From positions 248,001 through 312,000 of the forward strand of contig JBLDXI010000050.1 in assembly GCA_047495785.1 (NCBI GenBank): a stretch of 64,000 nucleotides of DNA. Direction: 5' to 3'. Origin of the DNA: Lepidodermella squamata. Its lineage: Eukaryota; Animalia; Gastrotricha. The translations under genes and the position numbers were made by a program. The notes beneath the pieces were generated by a model. It worked only from the letters and a program-made list of their open reading frames with translations, did not search any database and was not told the origin of the DNA. Shown here one piece after another: positions 36,444-48,022 of the stretch (position 1 is the first letter of the stretch; each line of letters begins with the position of its first letter).

Positions 36444-38837
36444 TCAACTGCTGAGGTGAGCCATGTAACCATGGAGAGCCACGAATGCGAAAATGCAAAG
36501 CGCTGCAGTTACAATATCCAACAGTCGAATCATTGAAATTTTCCCAAAAAGGATCAGCCGATATCTGCTATCGTAGAATTGTGCCACTAGCTGCTCTACA
36601 ACACTTTCGTAGCATAAAGCAGCAAGTTGGTACAACGTACTGGCGGCACAAAGCCACGAGAGTGATGAGACGTAATCGGCCATGAAGATTTTCTGGGCTG
36701 TTTTCGGGACATTGCTCGCCACGCTTGATTGCGCTAGGACCATAGCCAGCATTACAGCCATTGAGAAGGCAGATCGGTCTGGTAAACCAGGCGGCATGAG
36801 GAAAGACCCAATTTCCACTGCGAACAATATCGCACAAGGTACGACCAAGTTCGAAACGTAATAGCTAGGATTCCTTCGAACCGTGACCGTGAAGAAAACA
36901 GTACTAGTCTCTCTGCCCTTGTAGAATAAAGTGGATAGCTTCGAAGAATGACCGAGATACACCTATCTATTTGACGAGTCTTGCTCACCCCATATCATGA
37001 AAGGGTTGTCAAACTTAAGCAAATTCAAGGCTCGATTTAACGAAAATACGAATGAGCACGTTTGTTGGTCGAAAGGGAAATCAGCGAGCGATAGATCGCA
37101 GTAGGCTGTGAACCTCCCATCTTTCAGCCAATAGAAATCAACAGTTCGATTTGGTGATTGGCTCGATTTACTGGTGATAGCTACAAAATCGTCGCCGAAA
37201 TCAGGGTTTTGTTGCATGTAGCCATTAGCATAGGCGTTACTAACAAATCGAAAAGCCGGCGTCCAGATTTCGTTAGTATTAGCGACGTAGACCTGTTCCA
37301 GGGGTCGGCTGGTGAAGACATCGACGCTATCAGCTGGGCAAGTTGTGACAGACCAAGTAAGAAGCAACTCGCCAACAACGGAAATAGTTTCTTCGACCGT
37401 GTCAATATCGATCAATCGCTCTACAGCGAAAGCAGGGCGGATCAGGAGCCGGTCTGATAGCGCTGGGGGCGGGGGAGCGGTTCTTTGGGGCGTGAAATCG
37501 TTGCAGATTTCAACTAGGTCTTTCGCAGTGATGTTCGATATTGGCAGTTCAACACTCGGATTTCCGCCAATATTGAGAATTTTCTCTTGAAGTTCTTGAT
37601 ATGGAGTCTCTTTCCAGGAATCGATTACTTTCTCAACTTCTCTATCGTCTGAAACAAAGTGAAACAACTAAAATACATACCTTAGACAAAATTGAGAGTT
37701 GGAAATGGAAACAATTCGAAACTTAAATTACTAATTGTGTCTAAGGTATGTCTGTATTGAGGTGATTAAAGCGATATCATTCGGCTTCTTTGTCTAAGGT
37801 ATGTATACAAAATCCTACCTATAACGCCTGATGTTCCTGTCTCGCCTTGACTTTTTTCATCTTCATTCACGTCACCCATCACAATTTTTGCTGTGGTGGT
37901 GTATGCTAACTCGGGAGCCGTGCTCGAGTCGAAATTCGTCGTAGAATAGCCAGATGAGCATTGCCAAAATAAGATCGAGTAGACATCCAAGTACGACGTT
38001 ACCTCGCCGGTGTTGTACGAAATCAGACCCATGTGGGCCTCTCCTGAGCCGAAAATGTCCATTATCGTGCCACCAAGGGGCACATTCTGAAGGGTTCTGT
38101 TGCAAGCCGTTGTAGAATTAACCAGGCAAACGTCGACATAAAGCAGTGTTGATTGACTGACGCGAATTTTCCAAGTCGCTGTCACGTTATACATGAAATT
38201 TCGCGCCAGTCCAGTTCCGGTAATTGCATAGCAATTCGTTGGGTTTACGTAACAAGTCGAGTACCATTTGTCAGGATCTGGAGTTTTCTGGTACTGAGAG
38301 ATTATGCCATTCCACCAGGGCGCGACAAAAACCGTGAAGCCAGAGTGACTAGCTCGGTCAATTCCGTATTCCTGACCGGGTGTAACACTGAGAAACGAAT
38401 TTGATGGCCGTATTATGCCCCTATCGTTGGCGATAATGAAAGCCCAGCCTCGGGGGGCTTGCCCTGATCCTATGGCTGACTGGCTGCCGAATAAAGGACC
38501 CATTTTCACAGTAATTTCAACGTAGAAATCGTTAAACGAAAACCACTGTCAAAATTTCGTAAGATCAAATGACTATAGTCTGGAATAGTGAACTCACGGA
38601 TTTTGACCACAGGGCTCCTTCCGTGTTGTTATTTTCCGATAGGATCCGTACCGCCCCAGTATTTTGAGTGTTACTCATGAATTCAGCAGTGTAACGATCG
38701 TAATTAGTCGCCGCATCGGTAAGCTGTGCAATCGAATAAGTCGATTTGAAATTCGGACTAACACAAGATGACGCGGCTTCAGGTTGAGACGTCGCGACAT
38801 CGATCACAAGGAGAAGTACTAAAATGATGAAATTCAT
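36444..38837 (-). CDS. L-type lectin-Cys-loop channel fusion, paralog 2, with one in-frame TAG (36963-36965)
   Basis: Exons 38837-38598, 38545-37819 and 37648-36444 in frame; CDLSLADFPFDQQTC; the TAG aligns to a Trp of paralog 1. Confidence 0.75.
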
Positions 38838-39807
38838 AATAATGTCACGAAAAATAAAGTTCGCAATATTGCTGCGAGCGATTTTTGAAAAATATGTTTT
38901 TTCAAGTTTGAAAATTCAAAGCTGTTATGAACGCAAACATTTGCACCCGAGTCATAAATCATTTAACTCATGTTATTGCATATTACCATCCTTCAAAGCT
39001 GATGAATAATTTTGGTTCAGTGCCATCGCCTTATTCAAATCTTAACTCATGCGCGAAGAGCGGAGCAATTTAGGAGCTACGAGATGCTAACAATTGTTGA
39101 ATGGGAAATAAATCCTGATTGAGTCTCATATTAGGTCCGAGGACTTAGGATTCAAGGCCGGTATTTTTAAATTCTTCAGAATTTAGAAATAAATATTGAA
39201 CATATAAAAATAATTTCTGAAAAATTTAACTTTTTTTATAAAATTTTTCTTCATTAATTTAATAGAATTTTATTGAATTTGTATGTCATTCAACATCACT
39301 CTATTTAATGGGGACGTAGTGACCAGATAATGAGTGACATGTGCTTATTAAGCCATAAAACATGCGTTGAAATGCTAATTACCCATTTTCACATGATAGC
39401 GATAGGCACAATTGCGTTGTTTTATTGCTACTCGCATCAACTGAAACAGGGTCATTACGCTCATATCTTTGTTTTAGCAGGTATTTACCCTATTTTTTTC
39501 TTGTTATATCAGCTATAGTAGTAAAGTCTTTACCATCTTATCTATTTCAGCAGATTTTCACTAGTTTAATATGCGGCTGATAATGCGTGCACTTTTGATG
39601 CAGCAGTGCTTCTCGCATGCGAGTACTGCGGCACACGCACACACACATAATAATACTAGCAGAGCGCGAATACGCGCTATTATTATGCGAAAAATGATTA
39701 TTAATATTATGCGTGCGCGCGTTCTTTATACGAATCGCAGCACTCAGCGTCGCATGATCGATACTTGAGCATTATATAAATGAAATAGCGCCCGTATATT
39801 CTTACAA

Positions 39808-39880
39808 GGCTCTGTGGCGCAATGGATAACGCGCCTGACTACGGATCAGGAGATTCCAGGTTCGACTCCTGGCAGAGTCG
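39808..39880 (+). tRNA. tRNA-Arg(ACG)
   Basis: GGCTCTG acceptor pairs with CAGAGTC; TGGCGCAATGG A box; anticodon arm CCTGA-CTACGGA-TCAGG; GTTCGACTC B box; downstream TTTT. Confidence 0.97.
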
Positions 39881-40159
39881 TACAACCTTTTAATCAAATT
39901 ACTAATTATTTACTTGTTATTTGTTATTTTTATTATTTATTTCTGCTTTTTATACAAACACTATTATACTATAATAAAATTGGTTTGAAAAACACATTTA
40001 AATCGCAGAAAAATGAATTTTTATTATTTAAAAAATCAGTCATAGAGGTACAAATATGTTCTGTTATAAAAGCGAAATGTTCACCGTTATTCCAAAGCTA
40101 CATACCTCACCAAGAAGTTGGTGAACGCTGAAGATTACAAAAAAGATAGGATAGGAAAG

Positions 40160-42088
40160 CTAAAACTGGCAGACAGGATACGTGCAATCTGCTCGATATG
40201 CGCCTCTTTCTATCAAATATCTTGCAACATCGGCCTTTCCTTGATTACCAGCAGCTAACAGAGCTGTCCAGCCGTAGCTATTCCGCTCGTCCAACGGAGC
40301 TCCGCGTTCGGCTAGCACCCGTACTACAGCGATATTGCCCTTCCACGCCGCTGTTATCAATGGCGTCCAACCGTCGTTGTTCTTATCATTAATATTCGCG
40401 CCTCGATTTAGCAACAGCTGGACAACATCCGGATTCCCGCCACTCGCTGCATAGATAATCGCAGTGTTACCATCCCGAGATTTTTCGTTAATATTCGCGC
40501 CTCGGTCGAGTAGAATCCTCGCGAGGTCGTAGTGACCATTGACGGCAGCTAGCATCAACGGGGTGTAATTATTGCTTGTTTCCTTCACATTAGGATCCGC
40601 GCCTCGGTCCAGGAAATTCTGCCCGATCTGCGCGCGTTCCAGGCTCATCCCCGGGCAGGACGCAACCCGGTGTAGGAACGTGAAATTGACGACTTCTATG
40701 CACATTGGCCATTGCGGGTCAGTTGAGCCGCGCAGGTTTGGGTTGAATTGGTTGCCGGTTAACTGGTCGATTTCGGTAATGAGCCGCTGCGTGGCGGGTA
40801 TGCTTGCATTCGCACTAGCATTGCTCAATTGCCAGTACCGCTCTGCTACCGTTGGGGTGAACTGTTTTCAACGGAAAGATAGTGTCCATGTTAGCTCAAG
40901 TTGTAACTCACCGATGATTGCGTAGTGGTCGTAGTCGGTGGAGGGGCAGGAGTGAAAGTAGGCACTGGAGCACAGCCGTATTCATCCGTGTTGTCCCCTT
41001 CAAATTACATAAATTATGTTAAAGCCCCCATTTCATATGACTGATATCCTCATATCGCTGCATAACTCCATAGTAAAAGCTGAGCCTATCAAATGAAAAT
41101 AGGGCACTAACGGAAGTTGTGAGAATTCAGAGTGCGAACGTATAACATATAACATATGAGCGATTTATCAAAGCTTACCGCAATCATTTTTGCCATCACA
41201 GCGTAGAAAGTAGGGTACAGAATACCCATTCTGGCAAGGATACTGCCGTTGAAACAGCGTGGTTTGCGGTGGTGGTATAAACGTCGGTATCGTTTGGAAG
41301 TAAGGCGTTGTAGTCGTTGGCGGAATGTACGGTACAGTTTGTTCTGCGCAGGGGATGCAAGACCCTGGCCTGGACCAAGTGCCATCCGTTTGGCATCGAA
41401 TGAAAGGCTCCCCGACGAGTCGATAGCCAGAGTTACAGACAATGTAAGGACTTTGATAGCCATTTGTAAAAGTTATCGAGTAAACTCCGTTACTCAAATA
41501 CGGCAGCTGAGGAGGGCACACTAGAAAATTCGAAGTGATTTCGGTAAATTAGGTGTTCAAATGAAATCAATATGCTGAGATAGATGGGTAAATTACAATA
41601 AATTAACAAATTAAAAAAATCGAAATTACAAGAGAAATTTTTTAAAAATTTCGAGTTGATCAAAAATTCGAAAAAGTAACATACGAAATTCCAATAATTT
41701 TTAAAAAATTCCTAAAAAATGTTTATAACGCCCAAGGATGCTTACATGCTATTTTTGAGCACTTGATCGTAATAGGCGGACTCCATTGGCTGTAAGGAAT
41801 GCATGAGCTGACCATGGCACTGACGGGCTGCCCAGTGGCGTTGACGTATCTGAACCCAGCGTTGCAATGCACGACTACAACACGGCCTATATCGACCAAA
41901 GACCCGCATTGTTGAATGACGCCAGTGTCAATGCCATTCTCAGGATTCAAAGCAGTGATGTAGCCGTTTTCTACCAGCGGAATTTGGCATTGGAAAATGA
42001 GCCCACTCGACGGTACCATCATTTGGCAGTTGATAGACGACAATCGGCACACCAGCAACGAAAAAATCGATAAAACTACCCTGGCCAT
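40160..42088 (-). CDS. Predicted secreted CCP-CCP-LDLa-P/T linker-ankyrin repeat protein (490 aa)
   Basis: Exons 42088-41746, 41520-41179, 40997-40912 and 40861-40160 join in frame. CNAGF/CNSGY..W sushi motifs; LDLa RCDGKNDCG|DNTDEYGC; about five ankyrin repeats (TPLMLAA..G, TPLITAA..G). Confidence 0.82.
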
Positions 42089-42557
42089 GTGATTTTAGAT
42101 TAAAAGTAATATGACTTGTAAAAAATCGCGGTCACTCGTCGACAGGTTGATACCGCAATGCGAGATGATGTGTTTGCATTTTAATGTCTTGAGGCTATAA
42201 TATGCTCGGCCATTAATGCGTCACTTTACGGCATATGCATTGCATTGCGGCGAGTGAGTCCACATGCTGCACTGAAAAGCACGCCGATTTCAGTGCTTTA
42301 CTATACTCACTGGGTTTATTATCACTATAATTTGTAAACAATGAGCAAAAAGCTGCCCATCTATCTTCTGCATTACAAAATGGCTTGAAAGTAACGCGAT
42401 TCAGAAAATACAGAATAAATGAATCTTATTAAGCGATATACTGATCAGCCCTGAAATGCCTCATAAAACCCGAGAAAATCCGGAAGCTACCATTCAGGAT
42501 TTTTGGAGTGCATAGAATTACAATTTAAGGAGCCAGCAATTTCAGAGCTTTTATTGT

Positions 42558-42926
42558 TCACATTTTGGATACAATACACCAGTGAACTTTTCGCTGTTTC
42601 TTCTGCTCTCGGCTAGACACTTTGTCGTAGACTTTATCGTAGACTTCACGATAGACTTGGTCGTAAAATTCGGTCGCTGTTGCTTTTCTCAACGGTTTTG
42701 ACGGCGCTTGGTCGATTTGGTTGCGTTCAAACTGGGATTGAATATTCACAAGATTTTCCGAGATAGTTTCCAGTTTCTCGACGATTTTCGCCGCCAAATC
42801 ATCGTTGTTTCCTAGGTCGGAGGCTGAAACAGCGGATTCAAAGTTGTCCAACTGAATTTTTAACCGCTGTAGGGTTGCGAAAATTTCAGATTTCGCCTTG
42901 CCACACTCTATATTTCTTGTAGCCAT
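42558..42926 (-). CDS. Hypothetical helical/coiled-coil protein
   Basis: 122-aa ATG-initiated ORF with heptad-like composition; no recognised family. Confidence 0.45.
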   Translation of the reverse strand: MATRNIECGKAKSEIFATLQRLKIQLDNFESAVSASDLGNNDDLAAKIVEKLETISENLVNIQSQFERNQIDQAPSKPLRKATATEFYDQVYREVYDKVYDKVSSREQKKQRKVHWCIVSKM

Positions 42927-43573
42927 TTTGGTTTAGAGTGAAGTCTCGGGCGGAATGAAGTATTAATTGGCTCATTTCCTGATACAACGTGTGATTTCTA
43001 ACACCTGTTTGATAGCAGTTGAGTTTTTTCTGGACGGCAACTCTATTTTTTTATGAGTTTTCATTATGCAGTTTTTGAGATAATGCTTGAGCGCACTTGA
43101 GTTAGGATTTATAAGAAACATGTTGGCAAAGCATAATTTTGCGCGCTAATGACGTGGGCTCATGTTTATTCAGATGATTTCAGAACGCAGGGTTTTTTCG
43201 TCATCTCAATTAAAGACAATGAGTTTCAAAAGACGAGTAATGAGAACAAAAGTGGCGAGTAGAAAAACACCCTCCTATTTTTGACACGTTTGATAAAATT
43301 TTAAACGCTTTAGAGATTCCCAGTCCGGAAATAAGTTGTAGAGATCCCGAATCACGAATTTTGGCAGCCACATGAATCAAGAGTACCACTAGGGATGGTA
43401 GGGATCGTCCTTACCAGTTCCATCGGTCTGTATACGGCGAGACCAGTCGATGGGGTGACCCTTGTGTCGATTTTTGCTATCGCTACCAGTTCCGCGGTCC
43501 TACTTCACTCTCTGCATGAATCGACTTGATCGAACTTGGACTGACCTGCCTCACCTAATATAAGACCTGTGAG

Positions 43574-43707
43574 CAGTGTAAGGAGTAGGATCCGGGAGCT
43601 GAGATTTGTCTAGCACCCAGCGACAGAAATCTTGTGGTTTATTCAGCCCTCTTCGGGCTGGAGTCCCGGAGCTTTGGCGTCGCGATACCCCTGTACTTCG
43701 CACCCTG
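43574..43707. mobile_element. MITE, same family as 1734-1878
   Basis: cagtgtaaggagtaggatccgggagctgagat...tgtacttcgcaccctg. Confidence 0.7.
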
Positions 43708-44151
43708 CCTTTGAGCTGTTGAATTTTGAGGTTATTGTGTTGATTAGAATGCCATGGGATTATTAGCTGAGTACAAACTTTTCAAAATTATGAGCTTTCG
43801 CGGCAATCTTTTGACTGTCGTTTCCACACAGAACTGCAGTAGGAAATACGACCGCTTTCTCCCAAAATGCATTAGGCAATTTTTAATTAGGCAATGCGAG
43901 CTTTCACTTGAACTTATACCTTACGCTAACGCTCAGTCTAAGTTATGATTGTCTTCGCGTGTAAACATATCTCTATTTTAAGCAGTGGTTTACTGCACCG
44001 CCGATTTTTTGAATTCATCAAATCGAAAAAAACAACAGCTGAAAAATAGACGGCACCCACGCGATCAAACGAGTCTAATCGCAACTCACATCGCCATTTG
44101 CATCTTTTAACTTTCATTGTCTCGGCTCACTTTCGGTTAGCTCATTTTTAA

Positions 44152-44676
44152 ATGTTCACGGTCATGGTTGCCTCAATTTTTACATCGCTGCTATTGCAAG
44201 TCTTTCATAAATCAACGAAAATATTCAGTCTAATTTTTTGTTTCTATCTAAAGGTATGTGTTGCCGCTGCCAATCCAATGGCAATTGCGAAAGATATTGG
44301 TCTTAGCGATTCTCAGGTAGCGAATATAGCCAAGATAACGGCCAGTCTCGATAAGAAAGACCTCAAAGCCCTCCGAGACATGGCGAATGAAGTGCAAAAG
44401 CTCGACCAGACCGATCAAGAGCGCCTTGCCGCGATCATTAGCGCGGCTGTTAATGCAACTGAAGATGAGAAGATGGCTGCTGTGAAGATTTTGAAGACGA
44501 TTGTGAATGCTAAACCAGAGGAGACTGATGTAGCTGCGACTTTAATCGGGAGAATCGTTAATGCCAACCCTCAAGAACTCGATATCATGGATAAGCTCAC
44601 TAAGGCTGCTGTTCAGGCTAAGCCGGACGATCTTGCCCAGGCTTTTCAGGCTATAAATGCTGTGTTTGGAGTCTAA
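44152..44676 (+). CDS. Small secreted alpha-helical protein with 18-aa repeats
   Basis: Hydrophobic N-terminus (possible in-frame 54-nt intron 44200-44253); repeats AAVNATEDE/TIVNAKPEE/RIVNANPQE/AAVQAKPDD. Confidence 0.75.
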   Translation: MFTVMVASIFTSLLLQVFHKSTKIFSLIFCFYLKVCVAAANPMAIAKDIGLSDSQVANIAKITASLDKKDLKALRDMANEVQKLDQTDQERLAAIISAAVNATEDEKMAAVKILKTIVNAKPEETDVAATLIGRIVNANPQELDIMDKLTKAAVQAKPDDLAQAFQAINAVFGV

Positions 44677-45493
44677 CCTGTAAAAATCTCAATTCTACCT
44701 ATACCCTATACAGACATCTATCTCACTACTACCGTTTAATTGTGTGCTGTGATAGTAAAATATATTCAGATAATGATGTAGTAAAATAGATCAAAATAAT
44801 GATGTCTCATACTTTGAGGACAATAGGGCATGCCCCTCACTGTAACTCTAGGCTCTAGGCTTTGTCGTAATAAGTCTGTGAGCGAAAAATTCCTATATGA
44901 CGAGATTCGACTGGTGCAGTCATGCTCAAACACTAAACCTTCTTTGTTTTACAGTGAAACCATTGGAGAATCTCGATCGTGGTTCTGCCATTAGAACTTG
45001 AGTCGATATTCAGCGCAAGTTTTTATGCATTGATTGTCCTTATCCTTAGAAGATGAGCTAATCAGACATTTCAATATTATTTAGCCAAATTTAGATGTCT
45101 CTTGACAGGTCGAAACTTTGCGAATTGTCCAATCCAGCTTTCAAGAGCGATCATTCATCATGATTGAATCTGGAGAAGTCACTATCATGGGATTACGCGA
45201 TGAGTTCTCGAAATTAGTCGCTAAATTAATCGAGGTGATAGCTCGAAAAGACTATATGATAACTAAAAGATGCGAGCTAGTTTTCATCCGAACTCAATTT
45301 GATAAGCGAAATTAATCCCGGGACGTTGAAGTCAGATAGGCTGATTGCCAGCATTCCCAGGTCATATTCAGTGTAGACAAAGTAATTATAGTTAATTAAG
45401 CTATTAAGCTAGATTGAATGTGCCAATATAACCAGGAAACGTTTTCGCGCATTTATTTTGACTTTGCCTTCATAAAAACGTGAAAACCCGAAA

Positions 45494-47758
45494 ATGAAAG
45501 TGTTTACAAGTTTGCTCTTCATTACATCGATAGCAGCTTATCAAAACAAAACAAAGCTGTTATTGTTGAATTTTCAGCCCTATTTCGGAATGGAGCCAAG
45601 CAGCGCCGCTTCCATGGCTCTCACTAGCCAGTTGATAGTCGATATTGCGAACAACCGAAGCGATATTCTGCCTGATTACGAAATTCAACTAATTTCTTAT
45701 GATGAAATGCGTGGAACTATCACTGCACAGCAGGTTATTGATTTCCTACGCTATGAAGCTAAACCAAACGAAGTAAAAGCACCTATCATGATCGGGCCTT
45801 CATTTTCAACCGGTTGCAAGGCCGTCTCGCCGTTTCTTCGGCAAATCAACATGGTGGCCTGGAGCAATTTATGCGCAGCGATTTCTTTCGATGATCGAAA
45901 AGCGAATCCAATGCTGCATTTGACTGTTACAACCTCCAGATTGACCCTTCTTTCCGTCGCGGTTTTCATAAAAAAAGTTGGCAATTGGCGGGATTATGGA
46001 ATCCTTACCAACTCCGCGAACGTTAATGACTACGCCCTTGCTTTTCTTCTCTACGAGAAATCTGTCCAAATCGGGCTTACAATGCCATATTTCAACATCT
46101 TGAATAACGAAGTAACGCCCGAGGACATTCAAAATCTGAAGAAAAGCGGGCTACGCGTCCTAGTGATATCGATATCAACGTCGCCCCTGGTGAATCAGTT
46201 CATATGCGAGGCCCATAGAGCAGGTCTAACTGGCCCTAGGTACGTCTTCATCTTTCAAATGGGCGGTTTCGCACCAGCATTGCCTAGTTCGTGCCCCCAA
46301 CAAGTTATCCAAGAACAAATGAGTCATTCTTTTGTTTTCGGCCCAGTGGAACTTGGTGAGAGCCCAAAGCCTAGCGATCTTGGCATCGACTATCAATCTC
46401 TCCACAATGTGATTCAACGTAATTTGGGGTCGCTACCTCAAAATATGATATTTCCCCATGTTGAACATGATACGGTAACCGGCGTTATTCTAGCTCTCAA
46501 TCGAACTGAAGATAGACTGAGACGAAATTTTGCCCTCGGCTTGGCTGACAACGACAAATTCCCCGAGTTGGTAGCTGGACAAGCCCACCAGGCACTGTTA
46601 GATTCAGATTATTACGGGCTTTCAGGCCGAAAATCGCTCAGTCCTGAAGGTCACTTCCTAGGTGATCCAATGGGGTTAAATGGCTATAGCCCGAAACTCG
46701 GAATCTATCCTGTAGTTCGCGGTGTTCAACTCAAACCAGGCAGCTTTGAAGTAAACGAATTTGACGTCGAGCTATTGCGAGCGATCGATTGGCTACTTGG
46801 CTCACCGCCAAAAGATAGGGCCAGTCTTCGCGTAATCATCGAGAAAACTCCCTTGGGGACTCAAATCACGATTTATCTTCTTGCTGCGGGAATCTCTATT
46901 GCACAAATTCTGGTCGCTATTTTTGCCAAAGGCCGATTTCAAATTTCGAACATCGTCGGAACTTTGGGCTGCGTAATCATGAATGTATCAGCGTGTCTAG
47001 GCGCAAACGAGGATATTCCAATGATTTCTTCGATATTTCTCGCCATTGTAGGTGGATCGTTGACCTTCGCGACTACAACATCTCGGCTTCACCTGATAAT
47101 GCGTCAAGTTCGAGGTCAAATTGAGGCGCCGCATGCGGAACACAGTCGAAAAGCCACACCAAAAAGCACTCTGTCGGGTAGCCGACCCATTACGAGCATG
47201 GCTGGCAACATAAATCAGGCTACAGCCACTATCTGTAGTAACTCCTGGAAACGCCTCGACCGCAGTACAGCTCTGGCTACAGGATTCTGCCTCGTATTGA
47301 TAACAGGCCTATCCATCATATGGATTTTCATTCAGAGCTTCTCTTGCTCTTTCGAACTGAACAACGAACCATTCTACGATGAAGCCAAGGATGAAATTGT
47401 GGAAACCAAGTCGATTTACTGCCGTGAATCTGGCCCGGCATCTTGGGGCTTGCTTGGAATCATTGGCGCAGCGATATTCCTAATGCTAATCAGCTCTTTG
47501 CTGCCAACATATCAACTGAGCCACTTGAAGGGGTTGGACGAACTCAAGCCGTTGTATATCGGGGCTTGTGCCTCCATGACGCTGTATCCAGCTCTGATTT
47601 TGATTGCCGCCATAACAATGGGACAGCCAGTGACTGAGAGAACTGCGGTTTCTTTCGGCTTGCTCGTCATATCTGGCGTTAGTGCTGTCGCGTGGTATTG
47701 GCGATGGAAAGTTGACAAAGTCGAATCAGGGTTGAACCAGCTCGGTCTATCGAAATAA
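45494..47758 (+). CDS. Divergent class C (GABA-B-like) GPCR, single exon
   Basis: Signal peptide; Venus-flytrap motifs NNRSDILPDYEI, IGPSFS, ICEAHRAGLTGPRYVFI, YYGLSG; no cysteine-rich domain; seven hydrophobic segments. Confidence 0.88.
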   Translation: MKVFTSLLFITSIAAYQNKTKLLLLNFQPYFGMEPSSAASMALTSQLIVDIANNRSDILPDYEIQLISYDEMRGTITAQQVIDFLRYEAKPNEVKAPIMIGPSFSTGCKAVSPFLRQINMVAWSNLCAAISFDDRKANPMLHLTVTTSRLTLLSVAVFIKKVGNWRDYGILTNSANVNDYALAFLLYEKSVQIGLTMPYFNILNNEVTPEDIQNLKKSGLRVLVISISTSPLVNQFICEAHRAGLTGPRYVFIFQMGGFAPALPSSCPQQVIQEQMSHSFVFGPVELGESPKPSDLGIDYQSLHNVIQRNLGSLPQNMIFPHVEHDTVTGVILALNRTEDRLRRNFALGLADNDKFPELVAGQAHQALLDSDYYGLSGRKSLSPEGHFLGDPMGLNGYSPKLGIYPVVRGVQLKPGSFEVNEFDVELLRAIDWLLGSPPKDRASLRVIIEKTPLGTQITIYLLAAGISIAQILVAIFAKGRFQISNIVGTLGCVIMNVSACLGANEDIPMISSIFLAIVGGSLTFATTTSRLHLIMRQVRGQIEAPHAEHSRKATPKSTLSGSRPITSMAGNINQATATICSNSWKRLDRSTALATGFCLVLITGLSIIWIFIQSFSCSFELNNEPFYDEAKDEIVETKSIYCRESGPASWGLLGIIGAAIFLMLISSLLPTYQLSHLKGLDELKPLYIGACASMTLYPALILIAAITMGQPVTERTAVSFGLLVISGVSAVAWYWRWKVDKVESGLNQLGLSK

Positions 47759-48022
47759 GGGTCTACTTTTTTACCTTAATGATGGGAATAACATAATCAA
47801 TTTTGTGTGTCTTGTGCATCTATTTGACAGTTTTCTATGAACAATGTTATCAATTTCATTTCTCATTTTTGAATCTAAAAAGTAGGGTTCAAATGGCCTG
47901 AAAATTCTCGAATTGAAACACCTTAATTATAACAAAAGATTCTGACATCATAAGATTTATTCTCCGAACATTCAATATAAAAATGAAAATTTACTGAAGC
48001 GATATCAACGGTTTCAAAGTTT

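Noticed and set aside
36963-36965. Selenocysteine recoding or a micro-intron skipping the stop
   Set aside because: The codon is TAG, not TGA, and the paralog aligns through the site with no room for an intron
39814-40131. 105-aa ORF
   Set aside because: It is a translation of the tRNA-Arg gene and its AT-rich flank
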